Source: a virus. From it: a stretch of DNA of 64,000 nucleotides. A program made the translations under genes and the position numbers. This document shows, one piece after another, positions 15,522 to 25,777 of this stretch (positions within the stretch are counted from its first letter, which is position 1; every line of letters starts with the position of its first letter). The notes under the pieces are model-generated. The model was not told the DNA's origin. It worked only from the letters and a program-made list of their open reading frames with translations, and ran no database searches. Location: the IMG/VR virus record IMGVR_UViG_3300003878_000001, positions 1 through 64,000 of that record. One strand, written 5' to 3'.

Positions 15522-17668
15522 TGACTAGCATATTTCAACCTGCCCCAATTGGCGGGTCAGTTTCAGATGTTCTTGTTGGAAAACTATTTTGGGCAACAAA
15601 TGATACACCAAAAGATGGTCTTTGTTTCTCTGGAAGAACATATTCATGGGTAGAAAACCCAAAGCTTAAACAACAATTTGACGATCAAGGTCACGCTTTT
15701 ATTGAAGATAATCTTGATGGTACTTTTAATGTTGTAGTTGTACAAGAATTAATTAGAGGAACACAATCTAATTCCTCAATTGGTGTGAAACCTATTCGAG
15801 GTGATAACTTGACCAGTACTCCTTCACCCGGTTCTGGTGAAGAGAGATTAGCTATTTTTGGTATTTATGGTGATCAAGCTGTTGTTGCCGTTGATACAAC
15901 TTTGGCTTCACAAGGTTCATTAAGTACACCAAATTCTAATGAATGGTTAAGTTCACAAGATGCAATTTCACTAATAAGTGATGTAAATTTAGATCAACCT
16001 GGAACGACAAATACTGACAGAGCACCAACACAAAGAGTAGTTAAAGGATTTGTTAATCAACAACTCTTTCCATACACTCAAGATTCAATAATTGACATTG
16101 GCCCTGGTTTAGCACCTGCTATCAATATTAATAATTTCACTACGAAAGAGGATTTTCCTATTCGTATCCGAAATATTTTTACCTCGGGAGTCATAACACT
16201 ATCTAGATCATCAGGCAGCTATAGTACATATGCACTAGATGTGGATGGATTTAATTTTGCGTCAAATACTATTGTACCTAATTCTGTTGTTGAAGTACCT
16301 TTTGGTGAAATTGCTGAGGTTTTTGTTTCTAGTCGTGAACAAACCGTTTATATTAGACCTTCATCATTAGGGTCAGCAATTCCCGAGGTAACACAGGCAG
16401 AATTAGATCAAGTAGTTACTGATTATCAAACAGCCGATTCAAATATAGCAACAGCACTTGTTACAGAAACAACAAACCGTATCGATGCTGACAACTTGTT
16501 ACAGACAGACATTAATACAAGAGCATTGCAAGCTAATTTACTTCAAGAGGTTTCAGACAGAATTCAAGATGATAACCTAATCCTTAACGATGTAGGGACA
16601 AGAGCAACACAAACGGCTTTAGCACAAGAGATTGCAGACAGACAACAAGCGGATCAAGATTTGGCTGATGATATTCCTGTTGTTTGGGAAGATTTAGACA
16701 ATGTTGATTTTACAAATGCACCTGTAACAGGTGGTCTATTTGTTTTTAATGGGACTGATGTTGTCCCTAACTCAACTGTCTTAATTGATGTTGACGGTTG
16801 TTCATTAGAAACAAAAGATGAGACAGGTAAAGATTGGTGTAATTGGCAATTTGGAACAAATGGTTCTGCCTTTCTTGTTCTTAAAAAATCTTTGGGTTCC
16901 ATTGATACACCAGCAGCCATCACATCAAATACTAAGATTGGTGGTTTTGCCTTTATTGGTGAAGATTTAGTTAATAGTGAACCTGGATATGTTGGTGCTG
17001 AAGTTTCTGCTTTTGCAACAGAGAATCATAGTGGCACAACTGGAGGAACTCGATTAGAATTATCTGCCACTCCTACGGGAACAAAAACAAGAGTAAATCT
17101 TCTTGAAACTAACTCTCTTTCTGAACCTATTTTTCCACAATATCCTAACACAAGAGATGATGGAGAAACTGATTCAGCATTATACACTGATGCAAATGGA
17201 GAACTTAAGAGAGGCAAAATTCAAAACATTCCTGAAAATGTCAAAATCTTTGGTGGAAACATTAATGGTTCTCTATCTCAAGTATTCTATGATGACGATT
17301 TTGTTTCTTTCTCATGGGATACAGGTTTTAATCAACCTCAATTTTTATTGAAATCCACAGCTCCTACAGCATGGTCTAGACCTTGTATAACATTTGATAA
17401 GCTTGATGGAAATGGATCTACCACAGCAACGGGTGAATCAGCCGATAGACGCCTTACAGGTCGTCCTCAGCTAGTTCTTGATACTCTAAGATACTTTAGC
17501 CGTTCTGGCAATAGAATCGGTGCATGGGATCTTGAAAGTTTCGGCTCATCTGCCAATTTACATCTAATGAGACAGAATTTTGTTTCTGGTTTTCCTGCTT
17601 ATCAGATTACTCTGTTTGCAGGGGATGTAAATAATATCTCATATATCGTCAATATTATCAATCTATAA
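15521..17668 (+). CDS. tail fibre / receptor-binding-type protein (715 aa)
   Basis: Large Ser/Thr/Asn/Gly-rich protein with tandem coiled-coil-like repeats (NRIDADNLLQTDINTRALQANLLQEVSDRIQDDNLILNDVGTRATQTALAQEIADRQ). Confidence 0.6.
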   Translation: MTSIFQPAPIGGSVSDVLVGKLFWATNDTPKDGLCFSGRTYSWVENPKLKQQFDDQGHAFIEDNLDGTFNVVVVQELIRGTQSNSSIGVKPIRGDNLTSTPSPGSGEERLAIFGIYGDQAVVAVDTTLASQGSLSTPNSNEWLSSQDAISLISDVNLDQPGTTNTDRAPTQRVVKGFVNQQLFPYTQDSIIDIGPGLAPAININNFTTKEDFPIRIRNIFTSGVITLSRSSGSYSTYALDVDGFNFASNTIVPNSVVEVPFGEIAEVFVSSREQTVYIRPSSLGSAIPEVTQAELDQVVTDYQTADSNIATALVTETTNRIDADNLLQTDINTRALQANLLQEVSDRIQDDNLILNDVGTRATQTALAQEIADRQQADQDLADDIPVVWEDLDNVDFTNAPVTGGLFVFNGTDVVPNSTVLIDVDGCSLETKDETGKDWCNWQFGTNGSAFLVLKKSLGSIDTPAAITSNTKIGGFAFIGEDLVNSEPGYVGAEVSAFATENHSGTTGGTRLELSATPTGTKTRVNLLETNSLSEPIFPQYPNTRDDGETDSALYTDANGELKRGKIQNIPENVKIFGGNINGSLSQVFYDDDFVSFSWDTGFNQPQFLLKSTAPTAWSRPCITFDKLDGNGSTTATGESADRRLTGRPQLVLDTLRYFSRSGNRIGAWDLESFGSSANLHLMRQNFVSGFPAYQITLFAGDVNNISYIVNIINL

Positions 17669-17678
17669 GGAGTGAAAA

Positions 17679-18719
17679 ATGGTTTACGGAAGATTCGATA
17701 ATGATGGAAACCCAATTGAAATATCTTTTGATGTGGAATACATTAATTTATCAGGATATGATGATTGGCTTGAAATAACAATTGATTTTGATCCTCAATA
17801 TCAAGAAGTATATATTTCAGGTGGTCAGCAACTGGTCAGAGAATTAGTAATTGACGAACAAGAAGATGATCCAATTGTTGAATGTTGTTCATATGTTCCA
17901 GTTGTCATCAATCCTAAAACAATTAAATATCCTATTGATAAAAATATCAGTAGAGAGATAGTAGGTGCATTCTTCACACCTGAAATGACTATTGAATGTT
18001 CAGGTTTAACTAATATTAGTTATCAGTTTATTGATGATAATAACATAGTTATATCTGGTAAAACAATAAGTACTTTAGGTTTTTATGACTTGACTATCTC
18101 AAATGGTTCAACTTATGTCTATACTGACTTTATAGAGGTTGCAATAATTAATTGGATTGATTTACGTAATGGTGGAGACACCGTAAGTCCCCGTGCTCGC
18201 AATCAGGGAAACATTGTTCGTGATGCAAATGGTCTAGGAATCTCAGGTCAAACGGGTTGGGATGAATGGGTTGTTTTTGAAGAATACGAATGGGAAAGAA
18301 CAATTAAAAATACTTATTCTGTTGTTGTTGATGTAGGTGGAGCCTTTATGGTTGGACTGATGGCTGAAGGATGGAATGAAACATCAACAGCTCAGTATTC
18401 ACAACAACAGGTTTCTTGTTACTTTAATTCAGATACAAATCTCTGGGGTCTATATCAGGCGAGCAATACTCAAAATTTGAATGTAAATATTTCTGGAGTA
18501 AATCTTGTTAAATGTGTATTCACCTTTAATGGTAGACAATCTGAGGGAGGTCAATTTTCTGCATATAATGTTTCTTCAGGTGATTGGGATGATAATTCTT
18601 TGCCACTGATTGAAAATGTTAACATTAATGCAGATAATGGGGGTACACCTATTTTTCCTTGTCTAGTCCCTAACACTGGTACAGTACGTATGCAAGCATT
18701 TCTCATTGAGGCATCATAA
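17679..18719 (+). CDS. hypothetical virion/tail-fibre module protein (346 aa)
   Basis: SD AAGGAG. Position in the module. TAATG coupling to 18719. Confidence 0.45.
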   Translation: MVYGRFDNDGNPIEISFDVEYINLSGYDDWLEITIDFDPQYQEVYISGGQQLVRELVIDEQEDDPIVECCSYVPVVINPKTIKYPIDKNISREIVGAFFTPEMTIECSGLTNISYQFIDDNNIVISGKTISTLGFYDLTISNGSTYVYTDFIEVAIINWIDLRNGGDTVSPRARNQGNIVRDANGLGISGQTGWDEWVVFEEYEWERTIKNTYSVVVDVGGAFMVGLMAEGWNETSTAQYSQQQVSCYFNSDTNLWGLYQASNTQNLNVNISGVNLVKCVFTFNGRQSEGGQFSAYNVSSGDWDDNSLPLIENVNINADNGGTPIFPCLVPNTGTVRMQAFLIEAS

Positions 18720-19321
18720 TGGACTACAAAATTTACAGATACGTTTCGCCTGAATTAGCTCAGTTTCCAACAAAATTTCCACGCCATATTATCTTCCCTG
18801 ATATGCTTGATGTGTATTTACCAAGAAAAAAGTACATGGCGTTAGGAGAAAGAGTCAAGAGACTTTATTTTGATCCCGGTTCTGACTATGGTGAACCAAT
18901 CATTAGAACTACTCACCGTTTTGATCGAGATGGTGATGGGATTTATTTAGAGAATCACAACAAGAAAATTTTCTTTACTTTGGAAGATGGTTCATGGTCT
19001 AAAGATTTTATCGAATTCAATATTCCTGTCACTTCTTTTGATGACAAAGAAGAAGAAATTGAAAGACGACGAAAGAACATAGTTTCAGAACTTAAAACTT
19101 TAGCGTCATCAATGGATATTCGTCCATATATGGTAGAACTATTTGATGAATATGCCAATGAAACTTATTCTTATGTATCAAGTGGGAGTGATAAGCTTGT
19201 TAAAGCAATTGAAAGCTCGCCCATTAGTTTTCTTAATGGAAGCCTCCCTAACGGGGCACCAGCTAGAGAGGCAATTTTGAACTATCTACGAATCGGTGTA
19301 ATCAAGAATCAACAAGCATAA
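18719..19321 (+). CDS. hypothetical protein (200 aa), last gene of the plus-strand module
   Basis: Start is coupled to the upstream stop. The position would fit a fibre assembly factor, but this rests on position only. Confidence 0.4.
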   Translation: MDYKIYRYVSPELAQFPTKFPRHIIFPDMLDVYLPRKKYMALGERVKRLYFDPGSDYGEPIIRTTHRFDRDGDGIYLENHNKKIFFTLEDGSWSKDFIEFNIPVTSFDDKEEEIERRRKNIVSELKTLASSMDIRPYMVELFDEYANETYSYVSSGSDKLVKAIESSPISFLNGSLPNGAPAREAILNYLRIGVIKNQQA

Positions 19322-19497
19322 GGGTTAACAGAGGTGAAACCGAGTGACTGTCCACCTTGAGTCATTTCCCATTCACCTTTGTGTAGACCACTTTTTACAT
19401 AGGTATATTCTACAGACATTGCAGTAGAATAGGGAGAACCTGATTGAGTAGAACCATTTACTACAGCCGCAGACCAATCAGCAGTACTTTTTGACAT
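19309..19497 (-). CDS. hypothetical protein (62 aa)
   Basis: Minus-strand ORF converging on 18719-19321. Confidence 0.35.
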   Translation of the reverse strand: MSKSTADWSAAVVNGSTQSGSPYSTAMSVEYTYVKSGLHKGEWEMTQGGQSLGFTSVNPYAC

Positions 19498-19572
19498 AAT
19501 CTTTTCCTCGAACTCATTACAACTATTATACTAAATTGTCCTATAGGACACCTCAGTAATTATACTGAATAA

Positions 19573-20448
19573 CTATATATCTTCTCTGAGATGTTTAACT
19601 CCCCATTTAATCCCGTTATCGATGGTTTTTTCAATATCCTTGTCCCAATCATCCCAAACATCGGGAAACTTATTAGTTTCATTGATCAATGATTCAACTA
19701 TTTGATTATACGAAAAGTGATCTAATTGTGCCATCTTGCGGGCAGAATTCCAAAGGGCTTGATATCTGCTATCAGGTGGTTCAGCAATCAGTTTTTTGCA
19801 ATCAGAAATTACTAATTTCAGAATAGCTAGATCACTGGAGAAAATTCTGTTTCGAGGTTCTTGACGTACATCACCTGAAATTGCTTTCTTTTTTGATTTT
19901 ATTTTTAATGTTTCCTTATCAACAAACCATGAAAGAGATAAACATTTTGCATTAGGTTCTATTATATGTATTTTGTTTGTTGTTGTTCCATATAAGAATC
20001 TTGCAGGCTCAACACAAGAAGGATCTGCCTTAAATATTGCAGCTAAAACACCAATTGCATGATATGCTTCATCAATATCTGTTATCATATCGGATAGTTG
20101 AAATATTACTCTCCACTTTCTTTGTGAAACGGTACTACTGAAACTCTCGTGAATTATACACGGTTCAATATCAAATTTCACACATTCTTGAATAATATCT
20201 TCAAGCTCAATATTCCATTTATCAATATCAACGGCAATGATTGACATTTGCTTAAACGTCTCTAGTGTACGTTTCTTATTACTAAATGTTGATGGTGTCC
20301 AAGATTTCCCACAACCTAAAGCACTAGCCAATTGTTCAACTGTTACTTCGGTTGCATGGCTGGCTATTTGTGCTGAGATATATCCAGCAAACTGTTTAGG
20401 TTTACTTGTATAGGTTTCGGGATGAATACAAACGTTATGACTTTTCAT
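19573..20448 (-). CDS. archaeo-eukaryotic primase (AEP)-like domain protein
   Basis: IIAVDIDKW (DxD), IIHESFS and ADPSCVEPARFLYGT resemble AEP motifs I-III. It lies immediately downstream of the SF3 helicase gene. Confidence 0.45.
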   Translation of the reverse strand: MKSHNVCIHPETYTSKPKQFAGYISAQIASHATEVTVEQLASALGCGKSWTPSTFSNKKRTLETFKQMSIIAVDIDKWNIELEDIIQECVKFDIEPCIIHESFSSTVSQRKWRVIFQLSDMITDIDEAYHAIGVLAAIFKADPSCVEPARFLYGTTTNKIHIIEPNAKCLSLSWFVDKETLKIKSKKKAISGDVRQEPRNRIFSSDLAILKLVISDCKKLIAEPPDSRYQALWNSARKMAQLDHFSYNQIVESLINETNKFPDVWDDWDKDIEKTIDNGIKWGVKHLREDI

Positions 20449-20459
20449 TATTTTATTAT

Positions 20460-20496
20460 GTTCTTGACTAATTATAACATTGAATTAGTCAAGAAC
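20460..20496. repeat. perfect 12-bp inverted repeat enclosing a TATAAT box
   Basis: GTTCTTGACTAA (20460-20471) and TTAGTCAAGAAC (20485-20496). The loop carries the minus-strand TATAAT (20471-20476) upstream of ATG 20448. Confidence 0.55.
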
Positions 20497-20503
20497 ACAT
20501 CTC

Positions 20504-22441
20504 CTATAGATTTTCGTACTTTTGGTCAAGTTGTTTCACATGGTATTTAGGATCGTAATGAGCCTGTTTAGTGTAGTCTAAATTCAAGACTTCACTAGAA
20601 AATATTTTCACAATATCTCCCAATTTTTTCAGTTTGACATCTTCAATTAGTTGTTCACGGATCTTATTAGATAGTCTTACTATTCTCTTTCCTTTTAATC
20701 CCGTACAAGCAGCACTGTATCCTGTATTCAAATACTTTGGAGCAGAACCGATCTTTGTTCCATCTGTGTCTTTCAATTGGTCAAACACAAGCTTTTGCAG
20801 TTCACCAATTGGCATCTGACCATTACTAGACAGATGAGAAAAGGCAGCAATTAAACTATATTTGTTAATTAGTCTAATTCCTTTCCAAGGGTGTTTTGAA
20901 GGTTTTCCATTATCAATCCAATCTTGTTTAATTAGATTTCTCGCCTGATTAGCACCCAATGAATCGGAACCAACAAGCCAAAAATAATCAACCATGACTT
21001 GTTGAAACCCTTTGACGTTGAAAAACTTGTTTGTACGTTCTTGAGGACTTCTCTTCTCCTTTAATAAGTGAGCTAAACGGGCAGCTTCCATCATGTTCGG
21101 AACAACTTCAGTCACATAAGGAAATCTTAAATTGGCAGAGATTTTTGTTGTGTATGATTCCAAATTATCAGAATATTTTGAACAGAAGAAATCAATACAA
21201 TGACGCATAAAACGACCCATTAACATATGTTCATTGCAACCGTGTTGTTCTTTTAATCGAGCAATTTGATCATATGGTTTTACACTATAGCCAAGTTCTT
21301 CTTCAAGAGAGGCAAATTCATCGTGTGTATGCGTGTACAAGACGCTTAGACGGCTGATTGCTCCAGTATCTAAGGTGTAAATCGAATTTTGGTCAAATGT
21401 ATTAGTGATGGCCATTAAAGCACAAGTAGGAACAACATCAATTCTGTCCTTACCTTTTGACTCTGTTCCTAAAGTTGATGTTCCTGTAATCAATGACTTA
21501 AATGCTTGACCATTGATGAATTTTCCCATGCTCTCTTGTGTTAAGTCATCAGTAACAGATAAATCCGAAGTATAATTGTTGTACTGATTGAACCGGCTAT
21601 TCAAGTCAAGAGGTTGAGCAATAGAATATCCATACTTTGCCATTGTTGAGATCAACAAATTTTTGAAATATGATTTTCCTGTTCCACCGTCTTCACCATA
21701 GATGATCGCCATTTTTCGGAACATATGATTTATGACGCCACCATTCAATAATTTAGAACCAGATCTACCGATCATAGCTCTACCCATTACAAGCATGAAC
21801 AATTTCAATTCTGCTTCTGGAAATAAAGTACAAATCTGTTCAGCAGTCAGCTTTTGAATTTCTTCAGGAAACCAATCTAATTGAGGGACTATAGCACGAG
21901 GGATCTCATCCATTTCTGTTACAGGATTTATACAAATTCCTTGGCTATATGGTCTATCATCTTTCAAGGAAGTGATAGCTTGTGCATTACTGTTTTCTTC
22001 TGTTGCAATGAATTTAGCTAAAGCGGTATCAGGGTTGTCTTGAAAGAAGAAAGGTGCCCAAAACTTTTGAAGTTTCTCACCGTACTCTTGTTGTCCTAAG
22101 TCAGCAAAGATTTGGTTGATTTGCCGGTTCCATCTTGTTCTTTGCCCATTGAAAACAGGATACTTTAGTTTAATGTTTTCAGGACAAACAATACCTTTAG
22201 GTGGACTGTCTACTGTATACACACCAAGGTATGCATTATATGATTTGCTTGCATCTGGTTCAACAATATAACCATAATTCTCATAAATGAAATCTCTTCC
22301 CCATTCATACAAATCAATATAATTAGGTTCTAACTCGTCTAATTTTTTTGCCTTTTTTGCGTGACTGACAGGTGTATTATTAGCCTGATTCATCAATTCG
22401 TCTAAATCTGTTTCTGTTGATGCGTTGACAGAGATTACCAT
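20504..22441 (-). CDS. D5/P4-type SF3 primase-helicase
   Basis: Walker A GEDGGTGKSYF, downstream acidic Walker-B-like segment and a LMAITN-type motif C. Large N-terminal region. Confidence 0.75.
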   Translation of the reverse strand: MVISVNASTETDLDELMNQANNTPVSHAKKAKKLDELEPNYIDLYEWGRDFIYENYGYIVEPDASKSYNAYLGVYTVDSPPKGIVCPENIKLKYPVFNGQRTRWNRQINQIFADLGQQEYGEKLQKFWAPFFFQDNPDTALAKFIATEENSNAQAITSLKDDRPYSQGICINPVTEMDEIPRAIVPQLDWFPEEIQKLTAEQICTLFPEAELKLFMLVMGRAMIGRSGSKLLNGGVINHMFRKMAIIYGEDGGTGKSYFKNLLISTMAKYGYSIAQPLDLNSRFNQYNNYTSDLSVTDDLTQESMGKFINGQAFKSLITGTSTLGTESKGKDRIDVVPTCALMAITNTFDQNSIYTLDTGAISRLSVLYTHTHDEFASLEEELGYSVKPYDQIARLKEQHGCNEHMLMGRFMRHCIDFFCSKYSDNLESYTTKISANLRFPYVTEVVPNMMEAARLAHLLKEKRSPQERTNKFFNVKGFQQVMVDYFWLVGSDSLGANQARNLIKQDWIDNGKPSKHPWKGIRLINKYSLIAAFSHLSSNGQMPIGELQKLVFDQLKDTDGTKIGSAPKYLNTGYSAACTGLKGKRIVRLSNKIREQLIEDVKLKKLGDIVKIFSSEVLNLDYTKQAHYDPKYHVKQLDQKYENL

Positions 22442-22443
22442 AA

Positions 22444-23031
22444 TTAGTCAATGTAGTAGAATTCTAGGTTATTTTCATTTTGTACATATCGTTGCAAAGT
22501 AGAGTAGGAAAATGGCAAATTTTCAGATGCCTCTTTCATTGTTTCAAATTTTCCTAAAGGTGTCATCACTGCTTGCGTATGTAACTTCCCGCCTAAACCT
22601 CTTTCTTTTGCTCTTTGGCTCATCTTTGTTTTTGTCTCTGCTGTTTTTCTCTTTCCCTTTTTACCCTTAGATATTTGTTCTTTATGATGTTGACTCAAGG
22701 GGTTCCCCGATCTGAAATCAGAGATTTTTTGCTTTGCGGTGGATGTGTGTCTATATCCTGAGCAGCCATCTCCACCGTTTGTCATATTGGTTAAACATCC
22801 AGTACCTAAATCTAGTCTACCAAATTCAGAGATTAATTTACACTCCATATAACAGGCTTGATCCCAAGAAAGATTTGTGTATATTATTTTTACAGAGAAA
22901 GAGTTATTCTTTTCTGCCTTTCTCTTTTTGTTTAGACAATATCTATCTCTGTTTGAATAGGCTCTACTGGGTTTTCCTATTCCGACATAGAAAGGTGTAT
23001 CTCCATCTAACCATATGTATACAACATTCAT
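22444..23031 (-). CDS. GIY-YIG homing endonuclease
   Basis: VVYIWLDGDTPFYVGIG, CKLISEFGRLDLGTGCLTNMTNGGDG, NUMOD3-like repeats and a C-terminal HTH-like tail. Confidence 0.85.
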   Translation of the reverse strand: MNVVYIWLDGDTPFYVGIGKPSRAYSNRDRYCLNKKRKAEKNNSFSVKIIYTNLSWDQACYMECKLISEFGRLDLGTGCLTNMTNGGDGCSGYRHTSTAKQKISDFRSGNPLSQHHKEQISKGKKGKRKTAETKTKMSQRAKERGLGGKLHTQAVMTPLGKFETMKEASENLPFSYSTLQRYVQNENNLEFYYID

Positions 23032-23681
23032 CAGGGTCTCAACTTTTTGATGTATACAATTTGTTCCAAGGTCTCTTCACTAATCTCTGTTCCTTTCTCT
23101 TCTGTTCTTTGTTTAATATATTGATCAAATAACTCACTATTAAACTTAAGACTGAACCAGAAAGACAACCAAGTTGCCTCACTGATTCTTAGATCTCTTA
23201 GTACTAAATCATGAGGAATTTCACAAACAAATAAGTTCTCTTTGAACATCCATTGTTTTAGAACTGGCATCCAATCAGCATTAAATGTATGAATAATCCA
23301 ATACATTAAACACTTTGATTTAAGACTAGACTCTTTAATGTTTTGTTCGATATTGTCAATATACTTACTATCTCTTGAAGAGAAGGTGGAGTCATCAACC
23401 GAAAACATTTGACCAAAGAAAGACAACCAGTAAGCCTCATCGAGTTTTTTACGATTTTGACCAATTCTAAATTCTTGTTTAGGTCGAGCCAATTCTATTA
23501 CCTCTGTCATAAAGGTATTAGCTCTTCTCTTATATGCAAGAAGTTTTGTTGTCTCTTTTTTGGCTCGTTCTAAATTCAAAAGCCGTTCATATAGGTCACA
23601 TACATGATCTGCTATTTGTTCTGGAGAATCACAATATTGATCAATATGCTCAACATATGTTGAAAGCGTAGCATCTAGCAT
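23031..23681 (-). CDS. hypothetical protein (216 aa)
   Basis: Its stop overlaps the start of the GIY-YIG gene by 1 nt. Confidence 0.5.
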   Translation of the reverse strand: MLDATLSTYVEHIDQYCDSPEQIADHVCDLYERLLNLERAKKETTKLLAYKRRANTFMTEVIELARPKQEFRIGQNRKKLDEAYWLSFFGQMFSVDDSTFSSRDSKYIDNIEQNIKESSLKSKCLMYWIIHTFNADWMPVLKQWMFKENLFVCEIPHDLVLRDLRISEATWLSFWFSLKFNSELFDQYIKQRTEEKGTEISEETLEQIVYIKKLRP

Positions 23682-23703
23682 CTTTTTCCTTATTTGTATT
23701 ACA

Positions 23704-23740
23704 ATTATACTTGATCATCATGGCAAAGCCTACCCAGTAT
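23704..23740 (-). promoter_or_regulatory. promoter-like element: ATACTGGGTA box, 21-nt spacer, TATAAT
   Basis: Minus-strand ATACTGGGTA (23731-23740) and TATAAT (23704-23709), about 22 nt upstream of ATG 23681. Confidence 0.5.
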
Positions 23741-23844
23741 ATTTTATCCATAGATAGAGCAAACTTATAGTTTCTTGCCATTGCATAAGAAAACCTTTGC
23801 GGTTACTTATAGTAGAAGAATAAACAAATACAAGGACTAGAGTA

Positions 23845-24708
23845 ATGAAATATCTTTTTGAGAATGTATGGAATCCTGATTCGAAGGATTTACCAATTGT
23901 AGTATATGATTATAGAGTTTTCTTGTATTCAATAATCAATTGTGTTACACAAGCGAATAAGACTCGTGTAAAAGAACTGGAAGGTGAGGAACTTGAGAAA
24001 TATATTTCTGCCTGTTGGATGATGTTATTTAATAACCCGGTTCCTCAAACTCGCAATAGGTCAAAGATTGGGTATCAAGTATGTGTTGTAGATGATCAAA
24101 GATATAAAACAAAAAACACATACTGGAGAAACAATCTCTTTCCAGAATATAAGGGCAATCGAAACACGGAACGATCTAGTCTTTATAAGTTAATCTACGA
24201 TAGAGGAATGGAGTACATAGAGAAAGTAAATCTGACGGTATTTCGTCAGAACGGTTTTGAAGCAGATGATCAGGCTGCTATGTTTGCCCGCTTGAAGCGT
24301 CAAGGTGTTGCCGAAGGACGTACATTATTCCTTTGTACAAGTGATTTCGATTGGGCACAATTAGTTAATAATGAACATAAAACCTATTGGTCAAATGCTC
24401 TACGATATCTACCAAGATTGAGAGATGAGAAAGCTTTCATGGAGGTATTTACAGAAAGAAACTATGGACTTGAAAAATTAACCGATCTGGCAGAATGGAA
24501 GCGTGTAAATGGTGATGCAGGGGATAACCTTTTGCCTGAACTTAATCCACCTGTTGAAGTCATTGACTTATTAGATCCACCAAAAAAACCCAAATCAAAA
24601 CAGATTCAGGCTTTCATGGAAAAAAGATTTAATAATGTAAATGAGGTACATTTCAAATCCGCTAGACATTGGATGTTAGAATCAAGACTTCCTGTTCCTC
24701 AGTTTTAA
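23845..24708 (+). CDS. 5'-3' exonuclease / flap endonuclease (T4 RNase H / T5 D15 class)
   Basis: PEYKGNR, GFEADDQAA, LCTSDFDWAQL and GDAGDNL motifs. Confidence 0.75.
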   Translation: MKYLFENVWNPDSKDLPIVVYDYRVFLYSIINCVTQANKTRVKELEGEELEKYISACWMMLFNNPVPQTRNRSKIGYQVCVVDDQRYKTKNTYWRNNLFPEYKGNRNTERSSLYKLIYDRGMEYIEKVNLTVFRQNGFEADDQAAMFARLKRQGVAEGRTLFLCTSDFDWAQLVNNEHKTYWSNALRYLPRLRDEKAFMEVFTERNYGLEKLTDLAEWKRVNGDAGDNLLPELNPPVEVIDLLDPPKKPKSKQIQAFMEKRFNNVNEVHFKSARHWMLESRLPVPQF

Positions 24709-25256
24709 TCTGAACGGCATTCATTATAAATATAGGACTTTAGAGCCTCTAGACTCGTCAGAAAGTCATCTTGAGTCCTATATCTATCGATAGCATTATT
24801 AACCAAACGTCTCTTTAATCGGTGTCTGGTGCCCTTATAGAGGTCTCTAGACCATACTAACCAGTCATGCTCAGGTAAATTAGGAGAAAATAAACTTGTA
24901 TCTCCTTGAACATGATCTAATGTATCTAAATCAGGAAACACTAAACAATAGTTTCTTGAAAGTTTAATGATATAATCATAGATAGCATCAGCGGTAAAAG
25001 GTATTGAATGCTTCTCTAGCATTTGATCAGAAAATTCTGTTTTAACAATCAGATTCTCACCCAATTTATACCAATTGACCCTTACACGAATTTTACCCGG
25101 ACTCATTCTAAATGGTCGAGCATCTTGTAAGCCAAACCGATCAATCCAATAGGCAATATGCCGATATTTTTCCGCATCCCAATCTTCGGGTTCTGGTTTA
25201 TCGTAAGGAATTGGATATAATCGGGAAGCTTCTAATTCGTATTGAGATAGTTTCAT
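24705..25256 (-). CDS. hypothetical protein (183 aa)
   Basis: 4-nt overlap with the upstream gene. Converges on 23845-24708. Confidence 0.5.
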   Translation of the reverse strand: MKLSQYELEASRLYPIPYDKPEPEDWDAEKYRHIAYWIDRFGLQDARPFRMSPGKIRVRVNWYKLGENLIVKTEFSDQMLEKHSIPFTADAIYDYIIKLSRNYCLVFPDLDTLDHVQGDTSLFSPNLPEHDWLVWSRDLYKGTRHRLKRRLVNNAIDRYRTQDDFLTSLEALKSYIYNECRSD

Positions 25257-25777
25257 ACTGTGATTTTTCTGTTTAATTGGGAATAATCAACAAAGTATAA
25301 ACCATTGAAAGATCCTTGAAATCGGCTATAGTGAGAAAGAATACGTTTATCTACATCATCAACAAATGGTTCTGCCAATTGTTTGATACGTTTCTTATAT
25401 TCATCATATTTTGCATTCAAGTTAATCTCTATAGTCCACACCGCTCTAAATCGTGGGTGCTCTGGCTTGTGATTCTGAGTAGTATAGATAAAATAGGGTT
25501 TACCAAATTCTGTATCATTACACACTTCAAGTAGTGTATCAGGTGATAAACCCGTATCAAAATCTAAACTAAACATACTGCTAAACAAAAAGTTAGCAGA
25601 CACATTTTCATTTCCTTTATACCAAGATCCTCTATAAGCATGTCCAAGATTACCAATTAGAATGGGTAATTGCTCAGGACTTATCAGCTTTTTTCTCATG
25701 TCCATCTCTTGTACTGTGTATAGTTCACGTTGAACAGGTTTAGACCAAGGAGATTGAGTCAGAGTTAACGGGATCAT
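25253..25777 (-). CDS. second AEP-like domain protein
   Basis: FSLDFDTG (DxD), YTTQNH...PRFRAVW and VDDVDKRILSHYSRFQGS are collinear with the motifs in 19573-20448. Confidence 0.4.
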   Translation of the reverse strand: MIPLTLTQSPWSKPVQRELYTVQEMDMRKKLISPEQLPILIGNLGHAYRGSWYKGNENVSANFLFSSMFSLDFDTGLSPDTLLEVCNDTEFGKPYFIYTTQNHKPEHPRFRAVWTIEINLNAKYDEYKKRIKQLAEPFVDDVDKRILSHYSRFQGSFNGLYFVDYSQLNRKITV

